From: Patescibacteria group bacterium
Lineage (GTDB): Bacteria; Patescibacteriota; Patescibacteriia; UBA9934
NCBI GenBank assembly: GCA_038064675.1
Contig: JBBTSM010000003.1
Coordinates: 102,663-166,662, forward strand
Direction: 5' to 3'
Length of the DNA stretch: 64,000 bases
This document shows, in pieces, positions 26,111 to 37,200 of the stretch. The notes under the pieces are model-generated. The model was not told the DNA's origin. It ran no database searches and was given only the letters and a program-made list of their open reading frames with translations. Numbering within the stretch: the first letter of the stretch is position 1; every line of letters starts with the position of its first letter. Position numbers and translations under genes: made by a program.

Positions 26111-26139
26111 TGAGAACGTCATATCGGTATCACTTTACC

Positions 26140-27024
26140 TTATTTTACCCGTTTCGCCAAGTAACAGACCGGCTTTCCGACAGTTTGATGCTCAGGAAGT
26201 ACAGGAAAAACAATAATGCCGTCGCACGGTGCAAATACCGCATCCTGACCACAGTGCCCGATGAGATCGCCACGACGGATGGGATCGAATGACGACGTTC
26301 CTCGGTTATCAGCGAACACAAACGATCGATCGTCTCGAAGAACAGCTTCAAGAATCTCGTACATCGCTCCGTCGAATTCAGGCGGAGAAACCTTTTCACC
26401 TGAAAATATTCCTACGTCGGTAATATACCGAATTGTCGATTCCATAATCGCAGGAAAAATGGCTGCATCGCCAACCCAGCCCGCCTCAAAACACAAGCCA
26501 ACTTTTCCGAGGCTGTCCGCGTACTCATCTGTCGCGACCGGCACTCCCCCACCAAAAATGTATTGCGGGTCTATAAGAACATTCTTTGGCTCAAACCAAC
26601 GAAACACATTTTGGTGTGCTTGGTCATTTTTCGACGCAACGAATGGAATGGAAGGAATATTCATGGCGTGAATATCGATAACGACATCCGCGTGGCGAAT
26701 ATATTCCGCGATCGTTATTGTGCGCCGAAACTCATAGCTTCCATTATCGTGAGCACGTGCTTCCGCAGAATACAACCGATTCATGTCCCGACCGCCTACC
26801 GCACGAACGTTCTCTGCGATTGCCATTTGATTCGCCAAAATCAGTGTCAGTGTTCCAGCGGAAACCGAGCGTTTCCCGGAACGAAGATCTTCGCGAAGCT
26901 GTTTCACGATTTCGATTCCTGTTCGTTCATTGCCATGTGTTCCTCCAACAATAAGAACGGATAGGCCAGGAGCCGATCCTTCAGCGGAAAAAATATCATC
27001 GTGATCAACAATGTTCATACTCAT
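26140..27024 (-). CDS. succinylglutamate desuccinylase / aspartoacylase-family zinc hydrolase (AstE/AspA)
   Basis: LIVGGTHGNERTG and the ...DIHAM... metal-site pattern. Start at internal MSMNIV. Confidence 0.55.
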   Translation of the reverse strand: MSMNIVDHDDIFSAEGSAPGLSVLIVGGTHGNERTGIEIVKQLREDLRSGKRSVSAGTLTLILANQMAIAENVRAVGGRDMNRLYSAEARAHDNGSYEFRRTITIAEYIRHADVVIDIHAMNIPSIPFVASKNDQAHQNVFRWFEPKNVLIDPQYIFGGGVPVATDEYADSLGKVGLCFEAGWVGDAAIFPAIMESTIRYITDVGIFSGEKVSPPEFDGAMYEILEAVLRDDRSFVFADNRGTSSFDPIRRGDLIGHCGQDAVFAPCDGIIVFPVLPEHQTVGKPVCYLAKRVK

Positions 27025-27256
27025 ACGATGGTAATTGAAAGAACTCCTTGACACAAGAAATGCTTCATGAGATCTTCGTATGGTATGAACATGCAGTTTG
27101 CACAATTGAGCGAAAAGAAGTCTAAGGGAATTTCCCTTAGCGCTTAACGTTGCACACTGCACGAAAAAGCGACTGAGGGGAAACCTTCGTCGCTTTTTTG
27201 TTTATACAGAGATACCGTGATTCACCCCTTCACCGTTCGAGGTTCCCGTGTCTACT

Positions 27257-27895
27257 ATGGATGACGACAAGATTTTCCGCCTTCTCTCTGTGGTTGCGGA
27301 AGCAACTGCGTCCACCAGCATCATCGTCAACGGCACGGCGATGGCGCCACTCCTGCCGAAGACTACTGAAGAACTCGCCATCCTCTGGAAGCAGGGTCGC
27401 TCCGCGATCGCTGTCCGCAACGGACGGATTGTCGGCCACGCGTCTGTGGAACCACTCACGAATCGCTGGAACGAGCTCGGTGTCGTGTGGACGGATCCCG
27501 GACTTCGAGAAGAAGGGGGACCACATCGGCATGTGGGGCTCCGGCTCTGCAGTGCGCTCCTCGAGCGTCATCGCGAGAAGTACATCCTCATGACCACGGT
27601 AAACCCGGCCATGATGGTCGTGGGCTGGCGCACCGGTATGGTGCCGATTCGCTACGATCAACTTCCCGAAGCCGCATGGCGCGCCACGTGCTGCTGCCCG
27701 GAAGACAAGACCGGAGTTCCGCGTAAGGAGAACGTGCCACACTGTAGGCTTCGCCTGCTGGGGTGCTTCGTACAAGTGACTTGGGAAACGTGGAATGGGA
27801 TGGACCGACCGGAACCGTGCACGCTGCCGGTTTGCGCACCGACGTCCGCCGTAACCATCCCCCGCGACGACATCAACATTCTCCTTGCAGAATGA
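27257..27895 (+). CDS. GNAT-family acetyltransferase-like protein in a GC-rich patch
   Basis: Strong GC3 bias picks this frame. Motif-A-like segment LGVVWTDPGLREEG. The competing minus-strand ORF 27230..27775 is rejected. Confidence 0.4.
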   Translation: MDDDKIFRLLSVVAEATASTSIIVNGTAMAPLLPKTTEELAILWKQGRSAIAVRNGRIVGHASVEPLTNRWNELGVVWTDPGLREEGGPHRHVGLRLCSALLERHREKYILMTTVNPAMMVVGWRTGMVPIRYDQLPEAAWRATCCCPEDKTGVPRKENVPHCRLRLLGCFVQVTWETWNGMDRPEPCTLPVCAPTSAVTIPRDDINILLAE

Positions 27896-28061
27896 CGCAC
27901 GATCGGCCGCACCCTGGTGCGGCCGATTCGCTATTTCAGCTTCGATATCACGAGGGCTTTCTCATTTGAGGAAGTCCTCCTCTATCTATTCTTTCGCGGA
28001 GCTGCTATGGTGCAACCTCAGATATGGTAGCCTGCTTTATGGCTCCAAAACGCATACTCGT

Positions 28062-28199
28062 ATGACCGACGGCGAAGAAGTGACCACCACAACCGTTCCT
28101 CCAACAGAGCCAGTTGCAGCTCCAGAAGAAGTAACTGAAACGGAAGAAGTTGAAGCTCCAGAAGAAACGGCTCCTGCAACCGAAGAAACAGCGGCGTAG
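28062..28199 (+). CDS. small acidic protein (45 aa), Thr/Glu/Pro-rich
   Basis: MTDGEEVTTTTVPPTEPVAAPEEVTETEEVEAPEETAPATEETAA, immediately followed by a strong terminator. Confidence 0.3.
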   Translation: MTDGEEVTTTTVPPTEPVAAPEEVTETEEVEAPEETAPATEETAA

Positions 28200-28207
28200 T
28201 TCATACC

Positions 28208-28240
28208 AAAAGCCCCAGCGAGCGATCGCCGGGGCTTTTT
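28208..28240. terminator. bidirectional terminator GCCCCAGCG-AGCGAT-CGCCGGGGC flanked by an A-run and a T-run
   Basis: Serves the small plus-strand ORF and the minus-strand giant gene that stops at 28246. Confidence 0.5.
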
Positions 28241-28245
28241 GTATT

Positions 28246-31200
28246 CTACGGCCTTGGCGCTACGGTGTACGGATCGAAGCCATTCAAAATTTCAATATAG
28301 TCCGTGTACCCATCGCCATCTGAATCGAGCGTACTTGATGAATCAAGAGGCGCAGCAATCGTTGGCGTTACGGGCTCTGAAGTCGCACAAGCATTCGTGA
28401 GTCCGGGAGTTACAGCGTATCCCGGAACGTGCATGACGTCGCTTGGGTACGAAACAAGATTGTAAATGCTCTCCGCACGCCACGCGAGGTCCGTCAGCAC
28501 GGCGCCAAAGTGGTAGTTGCGGTAGAACACGTCCTGAATGTCGTCCACCTTCTTGTTCCAGTCGCTGCCGTAAATTGTTGTCGCATCGGTTTCAGACAGC
28601 ACCCAGCGCAAGCTTCCGTCGCTATCCACTGCGTACACCCGAGGATCGGTAATGAACTTCACCAGTCGGCTTCCCGGACGATACGTGACATTTGGACCGA
28701 TTGGCATTGAAGCCATTTCGGACGGCGTCAGAACCGTTACATGATCTTCGCTGCAGAACCACGAATCGTACACATGAGGGTTCGGGAATGCATGACGATA
28801 TCCGTCTGCACCAACGTAGTACACCGTAGTATCGTATTGGCTCTCTGCATTGCTATCATCGGAAAGCTTCACCAGGGAATGGATTTCAACCGACGCTGGT
28901 AGTGATGCAACGCGTGCGGCGATTTCCGCGATTGCTGCACCAGATGCCGTACTGTCATCAACAATAGTTCCTGGATCGACGTTTGATGTCGTCGATGCGG
29001 ATGCAGATACAATGAACGTATCAGAAACTGATCGCGCAAGCACTTGGATAAAGTCCGTTCCTTCAATACGCACCTCTGCGGTTGTCGTCGCTTGATCAAG
29101 GGTAATCGTCGTTGATCCCGTGTTCGTCACAAAGTATCGCTGCAGCGCCCATGTTGCTCCTCCATCCAACGAAAGGTACACGTTGACTGCTGGAATGCTT
29201 CCTGTCCATACCCACGTCACGCTCATCGCCCCAAAGCCGTATGTTGCATTAGCGGTTGGCTTTCGTAGGCTGATGGTTGGCGACGTTGATGTACCGCCGC
29301 CTCCCCCTCCGCCTCCACCGCCCCCTCCACCACTTTCGCCGGTGGATACTGGATCGTTGTCCGTTACTGTCACAGGTACTCCTTCAATCGTCAGCGCGGC
29401 GTACGTGGAATCCGCAGAAGAAACAACGTGCAGAATGGAGTGAACCTCTGCACCCTCGATTGTTGAATCATCAACTGCGGAAACCGTGACCGCTTGTGGA
29501 GTGCTCCAGTTTTCGGCGGTGAACGTGAGCTGACTGACGCTTGTTGTGACGTCACCGTCGCCAATCATGAACACCGAGACATTCGCCGTTGGCTGGCTCT
29601 TCAGCACAATGGTGTATGCGTCCTGGGCTCCGCCTTCTGTTACCGCTGTGGCGTCTTCGCTTTGGACCACGGTGAATCCCGGCGTGTCGTTGTCGGTATT
29701 TGAAAGTGAAAGATCTGCAGGATTGATTGCGGCATACACCGCATCAACCGAGACTGCTGTTGCAAGAATAATGTTGTACGCCACCGTGCCGTCGTTTACC
29801 ACATCATCTATACCCGTTACCGTAATCGTCTGCGGCACATTCCAGTTTACCGACGTGAATGTTGCCGTGGATGCACTCACCGTTCCTTCGGTGGCGTCCG
29901 AACTTGAAATGTCGATACGAACATCTGCGATTGGCTCTGACGTGAGAACGAGCGTGAAAGTTGCTGTTGCGCCAGCCTCCGAGGTGTTCCCAGAAATGGC
30001 TCCAACCGTAATTCCCGCAACGTCGTTATCAGCAACCTGAACGCTCACCGATACAACGACAAGAGCATCGAACAATACATCAGATGAATACGTCGTGTGA
30101 TCGATACTATGCGTATGCGTTCCTTGAGCGATTACATCGTCCGTAACAGAAATGGTGACTGTCTGTGGGGTGTTCCAGTTTCCCGAAGTGAATGTCAAAA
30201 TTGATACATCCGTTGCGACCGGTGCGGCTGCAGTAAGATTCACCGTAACATCTGACGATGGCTGTGCAGAGAGAACCAATGTGTATGTATCTGTTGCACC
30301 AACTTCGGTAACCGCCGATGCCCCGCCCGACTGCGTTACGAGAACCGACGCGGCATCATTATCCGTATTCGTCACGGAAACGTCTGTTGGGTTCAATTCT
30401 GAATATGCTGGATCAGTTGACGTCATTGCACCAAGAACCACCGCATACACCACATCGCCATCCACAACAACGTCGTTCATACCCGTCATTGTGATGGTCT
30501 GTGGAATACTCCAGTTTCCCGAAGTAAACGTGAGCGATAGCGTGGAAAGCATTCCTTCGGCCTCATTCGATGAAGAAAGTGGAATTGTGACGTCTGCCGA
30601 TGGCTGCGAATTGAGGACGACGGTAAACGTTGCTGTTCCGCCGGCTTCCGTGGTGTTCCCTGACGACGGCGACACCGAAACTCCAACCGCATCATTGTCC
30701 GTGTTTATTACGCTCACATCAGCAGGATCAAGCGCGTTGTAGTTTGTGTCCGCCGATGTCGCAGCACCAAGAACAATTGAATACGCCACAGGTCCATCAA
30801 CCGCACCGTCGTCCACACCGGTCACGGTAATGGTTTGCGGTGCATTCCAGTTTTCCGACGTAAATATCACTGTCGCCGGCAAAACCGTTCCTTCATTCGT
30901 GGCGCTCGATGAAATGTCGAATGTCACATCTGCAGTCGGCTGTGTGTTGAGGACGATCGTAAAAGTTGCAGTAGCGCCAGCTTCTGTGGTGTCTCCGGAA
31001 ATTGCGCCAATCGTCGCAGCAGCAACATCGTCGTCGGTGTTCGTTACCGATACATCCGATGGATTGATGCCGTTATACAGCAGATCATCCGAAGTCGCTG
31101 CACTCGTCACAATTGCGTACACGATATTTCCATCGATCGTTGAGTCGTTCGCGCCAGTTGCAGTGACGGTTTGCGGTGTACTCCAATTCCCTGTCGTGAA

Positions 31201-34200
31201 TGTCAACGATGCTGGAGATACCGTTCCTTCGGTAAGGTCCGAGCTCGTCAGCCCGATTGTAACGCTTGCAGTTGGTTGCGCATTGAGCACTATGGTGAAC
31301 GTTGCAGTGCCGCCGGCTTCTGTGGTGTCGCCAGAAATCGCACCGAACGTGAATCCAGAAACATCATCGTCCGTGTTCGTTGCTGAAATGTCTCCCGGAT
31401 TCAATCCGTTGTATGGAGAATCTGCAGACGACGCTGCTGCAGTGACAATCGTGAACGCAATATCCCCATCATCAAGATCGTCATTCACACCGGTAACGGT
31501 TACTGTTTGTGGTGTGTTCCAATTTCCCGAGGTGAATGTTTTTGATGTCTGTACTGTTCCTTCGGTGGTATCCGAACTTGAAAATCCAACGGTAACGTCT
31601 GTTGTTGGCTGCGTATCGAGAACAATCGAGAAGGTTGCGGTGCCGCCAGCCTCGGTGGTGTTCCCCGAAATTGTTCCCACAGTAATTCCCGCGGTGTCGT
31701 CGTCTGTTGTTGAAACAGAAACGTCCGATGGATTCAATCCGTTGTAATTTGTATCGCTCGACGTTGCTGCTGCGGTAATGATCGAGTATGCCACCGTTCC
31801 GTCGTCAATAACATCGTCTACACCGGATATGGTAATCGTCTTCGGCGTATTCCAGTTCCCCGTTGTGAATGAAGTGCTTGCAACAACCGTGCCTTCGGTG
31901 GCATCCGAGCTCGAAAGATCGATCGTCACACTTGCCGTCGGTTGTGCGTTCAACACAATAGTGAATGTTGCGGTGCCACCGGCTTCGGTGGTATTCCCAG
32001 AAATCGCGCCAACCGAGAAACCAGAAATATCATCGTCATCGTTCACAATAGTCACGTCTGCAGGATTCAATCCGCTGTATGCAGAATCGGCAGACGTGAT
32101 AGCTCCAAGAAGTGCGCTGTACGAAACATCGCCATCGTCGAGATAATCATTCACGCCAGTCACCGTCACCGTCTGTGGCGTGGACCAATTTCCCGACGTA
32201 AAAGTGAGCGATGCAACGCCGACCGAACCTTCCGTTGCGTCTGAAGACGAGAGCGGGATCGTCACGTCGGCAGTTGGCTGTGCGGTAAGTACAACCGTGA
32301 ACGTTGCAGTCGCTACCTCGTCTTCGCTTGTGTGACCAGAAATCGCCGATGCCGTTGCGCTAGCCGTGTCGTTGTCCGTATTTGTGACCGACTCATCCGA
32401 AGCATTAATGCCGTTGTAGTTGGTGTCGGCTGATGTTGCCGCAGCGGTCACAATTGCATACACAACATCGCCGTCGTCGATAAGATCATCAACACCAGTT
32501 ACCGTTACGGTTTGTGGCGTGCTCCAGTTCCCCGTCGTGAATGTGAGCGATGATGGAGAGACGGTTCCCTCAGTCGTGTCGTTCGACGTGAGACCAACGG
32601 AAACGCTTGCCGTTGGCTGCGCGTTGAGGACGATGGTGAATGTTGCGGTTCCGCCAGCTTCCGTGGTGTTTCCGGAGATTGCTCCGAGCGTAAATCCTGA
32701 TGTGTCGTTGTCGGTATTTGTCACGGCAATGTTTGCTGGATTGATGCCATCGTAGTTGAGATCGGCGGATGTTGCCGCTGCGGTAACAATCGAGTATGCA
32801 ATGTCACCGTCGTCAAGATCATCGTTCACGCCAGTGACCGTGATCGTCTGTGGCACGCTCCAGTTTCCTGATGTGAATGTTACTGATGCCGGAGAGACGG
32901 TTCCCTCAGTGGAATCTGAGCTCGAGATCGCTACAGAAACATCGGCAGTTGGTTGCGCCGTGAGAACGATCGTGGCCGTTGCAGTAGCGCCAGCTTCCGT
33001 AGTATTGCCCGAAATCACGGATACCGTAACGCCAGCGACATCGTTATCGTCATTCACCACCGTCACATCCGATGGATTCATTGCGTTGTACAACAGGTCG
33101 TCCGATACCGCCGCGGCCGTCACGATCGAGAACGAAATATTTCCGTCGATGACCACGTCATCAACGCCAGTAATCGTCACCGTTTGTGGCGTAGACCAGT
33201 TCCCCGTCGTGAATGTGAGCGATGATGGAGAGACGGTTCCTTCCGTGGTGTCGTTCGATGATAAGTCAATGGAAACGCTTGCAGTTGGTTGAGCGTTCAA
33301 CACGATAGTGAATGTCGCGGTGCCGCCAGCTTCTGTGGTGTCCCCCGAGATGACTGAAACGGTGAAGCCGGAGGTGTCGTTGTCTGTATTGGTAACACTC
33401 ACATCGGCAGCGTTCAGACTGTCATAGTTACCATCCGCAGAAGTAGCAGCCGCGGTAATAATACTATAGGCAATATCACCATCATCAAGATCATCATTTA
33501 CCCCTGTCACGGTAATCGTCTGTGGCGTGCTCCAATTGGCGTTGGTGAATGTAAGGGAGGCAGCAGAAACCGTTCCTTCACTGGTGTCATTTGAAGAAAT
33601 TCCTATCACCACATCACTAGCGGGCTGCGTGTCTAAAACAATTGTGAAGGTGGCCGTGGCTCCAGCTTCGGTGGTATTGCCAGAGATAGCGGAGACGGTT
33701 ATGCCGGCCGGAGTGGAAGAAAACCAATTAGTCGTATTTGTACCCTCAACGGAATTCGCCGGATTAATCGGCGCGCTGACACCCGAAGAATTATCCGTAA
33801 CAATGCTGTCAGTAATATCGAGGTAATCTCCGCTAAACGACGAGGTTCCTTCGAAGTCGAACGTCGACGCCGTGGTAGGAGACGAAGAAACGATGTTTAA
33901 ACGATCTGAAGCATCCAATCCATCAAGCGTTAGCGTTCCATTGATCGTCTGCGTCGAACCTGCTTCGATCGTCAAAACAACATCGGTTGCATTGTCACTG
34001 CTATCCTGCAAGGTCAAAGAATTCCAGCTGGGACTTCCGGTAATGCTGTGGTTGGCGTTGGCATCAAAGGTAACCGTTCCACTATTGTGGGTAAACGTTG
34101 CCGCGCCTTTGATGAAGTTACCAGAAATCGTAGTCAAGGTCGGAGCGGTGAACGTTCCCGTCGTCAACGTGAGTGTTCCGTTGACATCGGCAGTCCCCGA

Positions 34201-37200
34201 ACTTCCGGTGTATGTTCCTCCAGAAAGAGTCAAACCAGCATCAAATGTTTGCGTGGCCGATCCGCCCGTGTAGGTTCCGCCGGAGACAGTCGTCAAACCC
34301 GTGCTTGTGGTCGTCTGCCCGTTAGCATCGTACGTTCCCGACGAAATAGCCAAAGTACCAGCGATAACTTTTGCCCCAGCCGATTGGACAATATCTGCCG
34401 CATCCGTCGTAGCAATGGTGAGGTTGTAGTAATCCGTTGCTCCAAAATCTTTCAACGTGTAGGTATCGGCAGCAGCGTCCCCATCACCAAGGTAGATCCA
34501 GGCTCCCGAATCCGTATCCTGCGTCAAAGAAAGAGATTCTGATCCGATCAAACGAACCGTGTCGCTGTTGCTAAACGTTCCCGTCACGGTAAGACCAAAA
34601 CCCGCCAAGGAAAGAATACCGTTACTAACGGTAAGATTTTCCGCGATCGATGTGGTGGCGGGCAAGGTAAACACCGTCGTCGCCGCCGTCCCGTCGATCA
34701 CGACATTTTTATAGCCGGAATAGTTTTTCAGGGTATAAGGACCAGATGTACCGTAGTAATAAATCGTACTCCCCGCATCCCATTGCGGATACGAAGCGCC
34801 GGTTGTGGTAATTGTCTCTCCCCCTTGGAGCTTCAAGGTTCCTCCGGCGTTGATGATCAGCTTTGAACTTGACGCATTCATGTTGATTGTATTCCCGTTC
34901 AAATCAAGCGTTCCGTTTACTACCGTAACCGTTGTTGTATTTCCGTCATCTAGGGAGGAGTCAAGAATCAAGGAACCGCCGGATTTATCAATGGTGAAGT
35001 TTCCAAGTGCCTTTGCACTTGATTCTGTAAAATGTTGTGTTCCTGATCCGTAAAAACCTACTGTTGCTGCTGAACTAGCAATACTCGCACCCACAGTCAT
35101 ATTTCCGTACAACTGAAATGTCCCTTCTGCAGGTTTCGTCGTTTGCGCAATCACTCCGTTGGTTCCCCCGAGTGATAAATTACCAAGAACAATTAAGGAG
35201 TCACTATTTGAAATAGTTGTTGTGTTGGTGCTCGTCGGATTGACAGAAAGAGTATAGAAAGTCTCCGTGAAATTAACGTTGATCGTTGGGTTTGACCCGT
35301 TCATGCTGACGGATCCATTGTTGTGGTTGAAGATTCCCCCCGCGGTATGCGTCCAGCTCCCGTTAACCGTCATGGTTGCTGTTGTTGCGTTGAATGTTCC
35401 TCCAGCAATAACAACAGAACCGAGAGTAACGCTCGACGCCCCAAAGTTGATTGTTCCGCCATTATGGGTATAGGTACTATTTGGAGTAAAGCCAAGGTCG
35501 GCGGTATTCCAAGTTCCGTTAGTGAACGTAAACGTTCCGACGGTGATCGCTGTTGATTGCGTAACGGAACCAGCACTTTTATCTATGGTGAATGTTCCCG
35601 AGAATCCCGAAGGAATGCTCCACACTTGATCCGCTGTGCCCGTCAAAGAAATTGTCCTCGAACCAGGGAAGGAACTCCCACTTCCAGTAATATCTCCCCT
35701 TAACTCAAGCGTTGCTGCCAACGCACCGCCACCAGCGTTACTAAAATTAAATGTGTGCGCGATAATTAACGTCCCTCCGGTAACGGTTCTTGTATTTGAA
35801 TTTGTGACGGAGAATGTCGCGTTGTAAAAAATATCTTGATCAACAACCGTAATGGTCGAGCTTCCACCCGTTGATGAAAACGTACCGCTTCCGTGGTTAT
35901 AGGTTCCGCCGGAATGAGTCCACGTTGTCGAGATAGCTGTCGTTCCACTGGTTGCTGTGTAGGTACCACTAGAAAGCGTGTACGTGGAGTGCGTCACCGT
36001 GTCGCTTCCTCCGGTAAAGATTCCGCCGGATTGGTTGTAGGCTCCGGAAAAAGTCATGGCGTATCCGGTTGCGTCGATCGTTCCCGCCTGAAGGTTTACT
36101 GCGCTAAATGTGAGAGTTCCTGTACCCGTTCCGCTGAAGGTAAAATTGGCGTTGTTGAGCGTCACCGTGCTGGCGAGCGCGGCTTGTCCGCCGTTGAGCG
36201 GGAGGTTCTGGGTGTTGGTGCCGTCGATAAGAAGTATGCCGCCTCCACCATCCCATCCAGAATTGAGCGAAATGGTACTCGTTGCCTCGACCGTACCCGT
36301 TCCAAAACCACCGTTGGTAAGGGTGAGCGTACCGGTAGCAACAAGTGTATCTCCAGATGAAACGGTCAATAACGTCGAACCATTTTTCGCAAGCTCAAGG
36401 TTATTAAATGTTTCTGTTGTCGCGACGTTTGTTGTAGAAGCTGAACCGGAAAACCTTACAGAACCACTGTTGTGGGTAAATGTTCCCGTGCCAGCCGTAT
36501 GCGTAAACCCGGCGCTAAAAGTGGTTGTCCCACTCGTAGCGGTATACGTCGCTCCTGGGCCACTCAGCGTAAAAGCGCCGGTGTGGGTTACTGCATTGAT
36601 TCCACCAACAAAGACACCATTGGATGATTGATCAAATGTGGAACTAAAGGTTGTCGTGCCCGAACCGGACGTTGGGGCATTGTAGGTTCCTCCGCTTAAA
36701 GCAACCGCCCCCGAAAACGTCACGGTTGCGGTGTTGGCATTAAAGGTACCCGCAGACATGGTCAATGCTCCCACTGCAACCGTTCCTGTACCAGATGTGT
36801 TAACCGTAGCGCTCGTGTTTGTGACGCTCAGGTTTACAGCCGTATTTCCTGAAGTAAGTGTTGCTGTAACGGTGGCTGATCCTCCAAGAAGAAGCGTTCC
36901 TGTTCCTCCATCAAACGTAGAGGCCCAACTTGTTGTTCCACGCGCGTCCCAGGTTCCGGTCGTCAGGTTACCGTCGGTAAGCGTGCTCGTACCAGTCACA
37001 ATCATCGTATCTCCAGAGGCAATCGTAAGACTCGTTGCTGTGGTTTTATTGAGCGTGACGTTATTAAACGTTTCACTAGTGGCGAAATCAAATGTTCTTG
37101 TACTCCCCCCTGTAATATTCACAGCACCACTTGCTTGAGAGAACGTTCCCGTTCCGGCTGTGTGGGTGAAGTTACTACTAAAAATTGTTGTGCCGATACT

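Noticed and set aside
25986-26139. A T-box riboswitch upstream of hisS
   Set aside because: There is no AGGGTGGNACCGCG-like T-box sequence, nor a specifier-loop architecture. Only a terminator and a mini-ORF are present; these are reported as a speculative attenuator instead.
27230-27775. 181-aa minus-strand ORF opposite the GNAT-like gene
   Set aside because: GC3 periodicity and a motif-A-like segment favour the plus strand.
29546-33826. A series of plus-strand ORFs (29546..30040, 30152..30742, 30746..31747, 31778..32146, 32420..32755, 32756..33292, 33527..33826) with repetitive Val/Ser/Thr-rich translations
   Set aside because: They are antisense to the tandem-repeat region of the giant minus-strand adhesin gene. 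They are mutually similar only because the underlying DNA repeats. No independent start or terminator signals.
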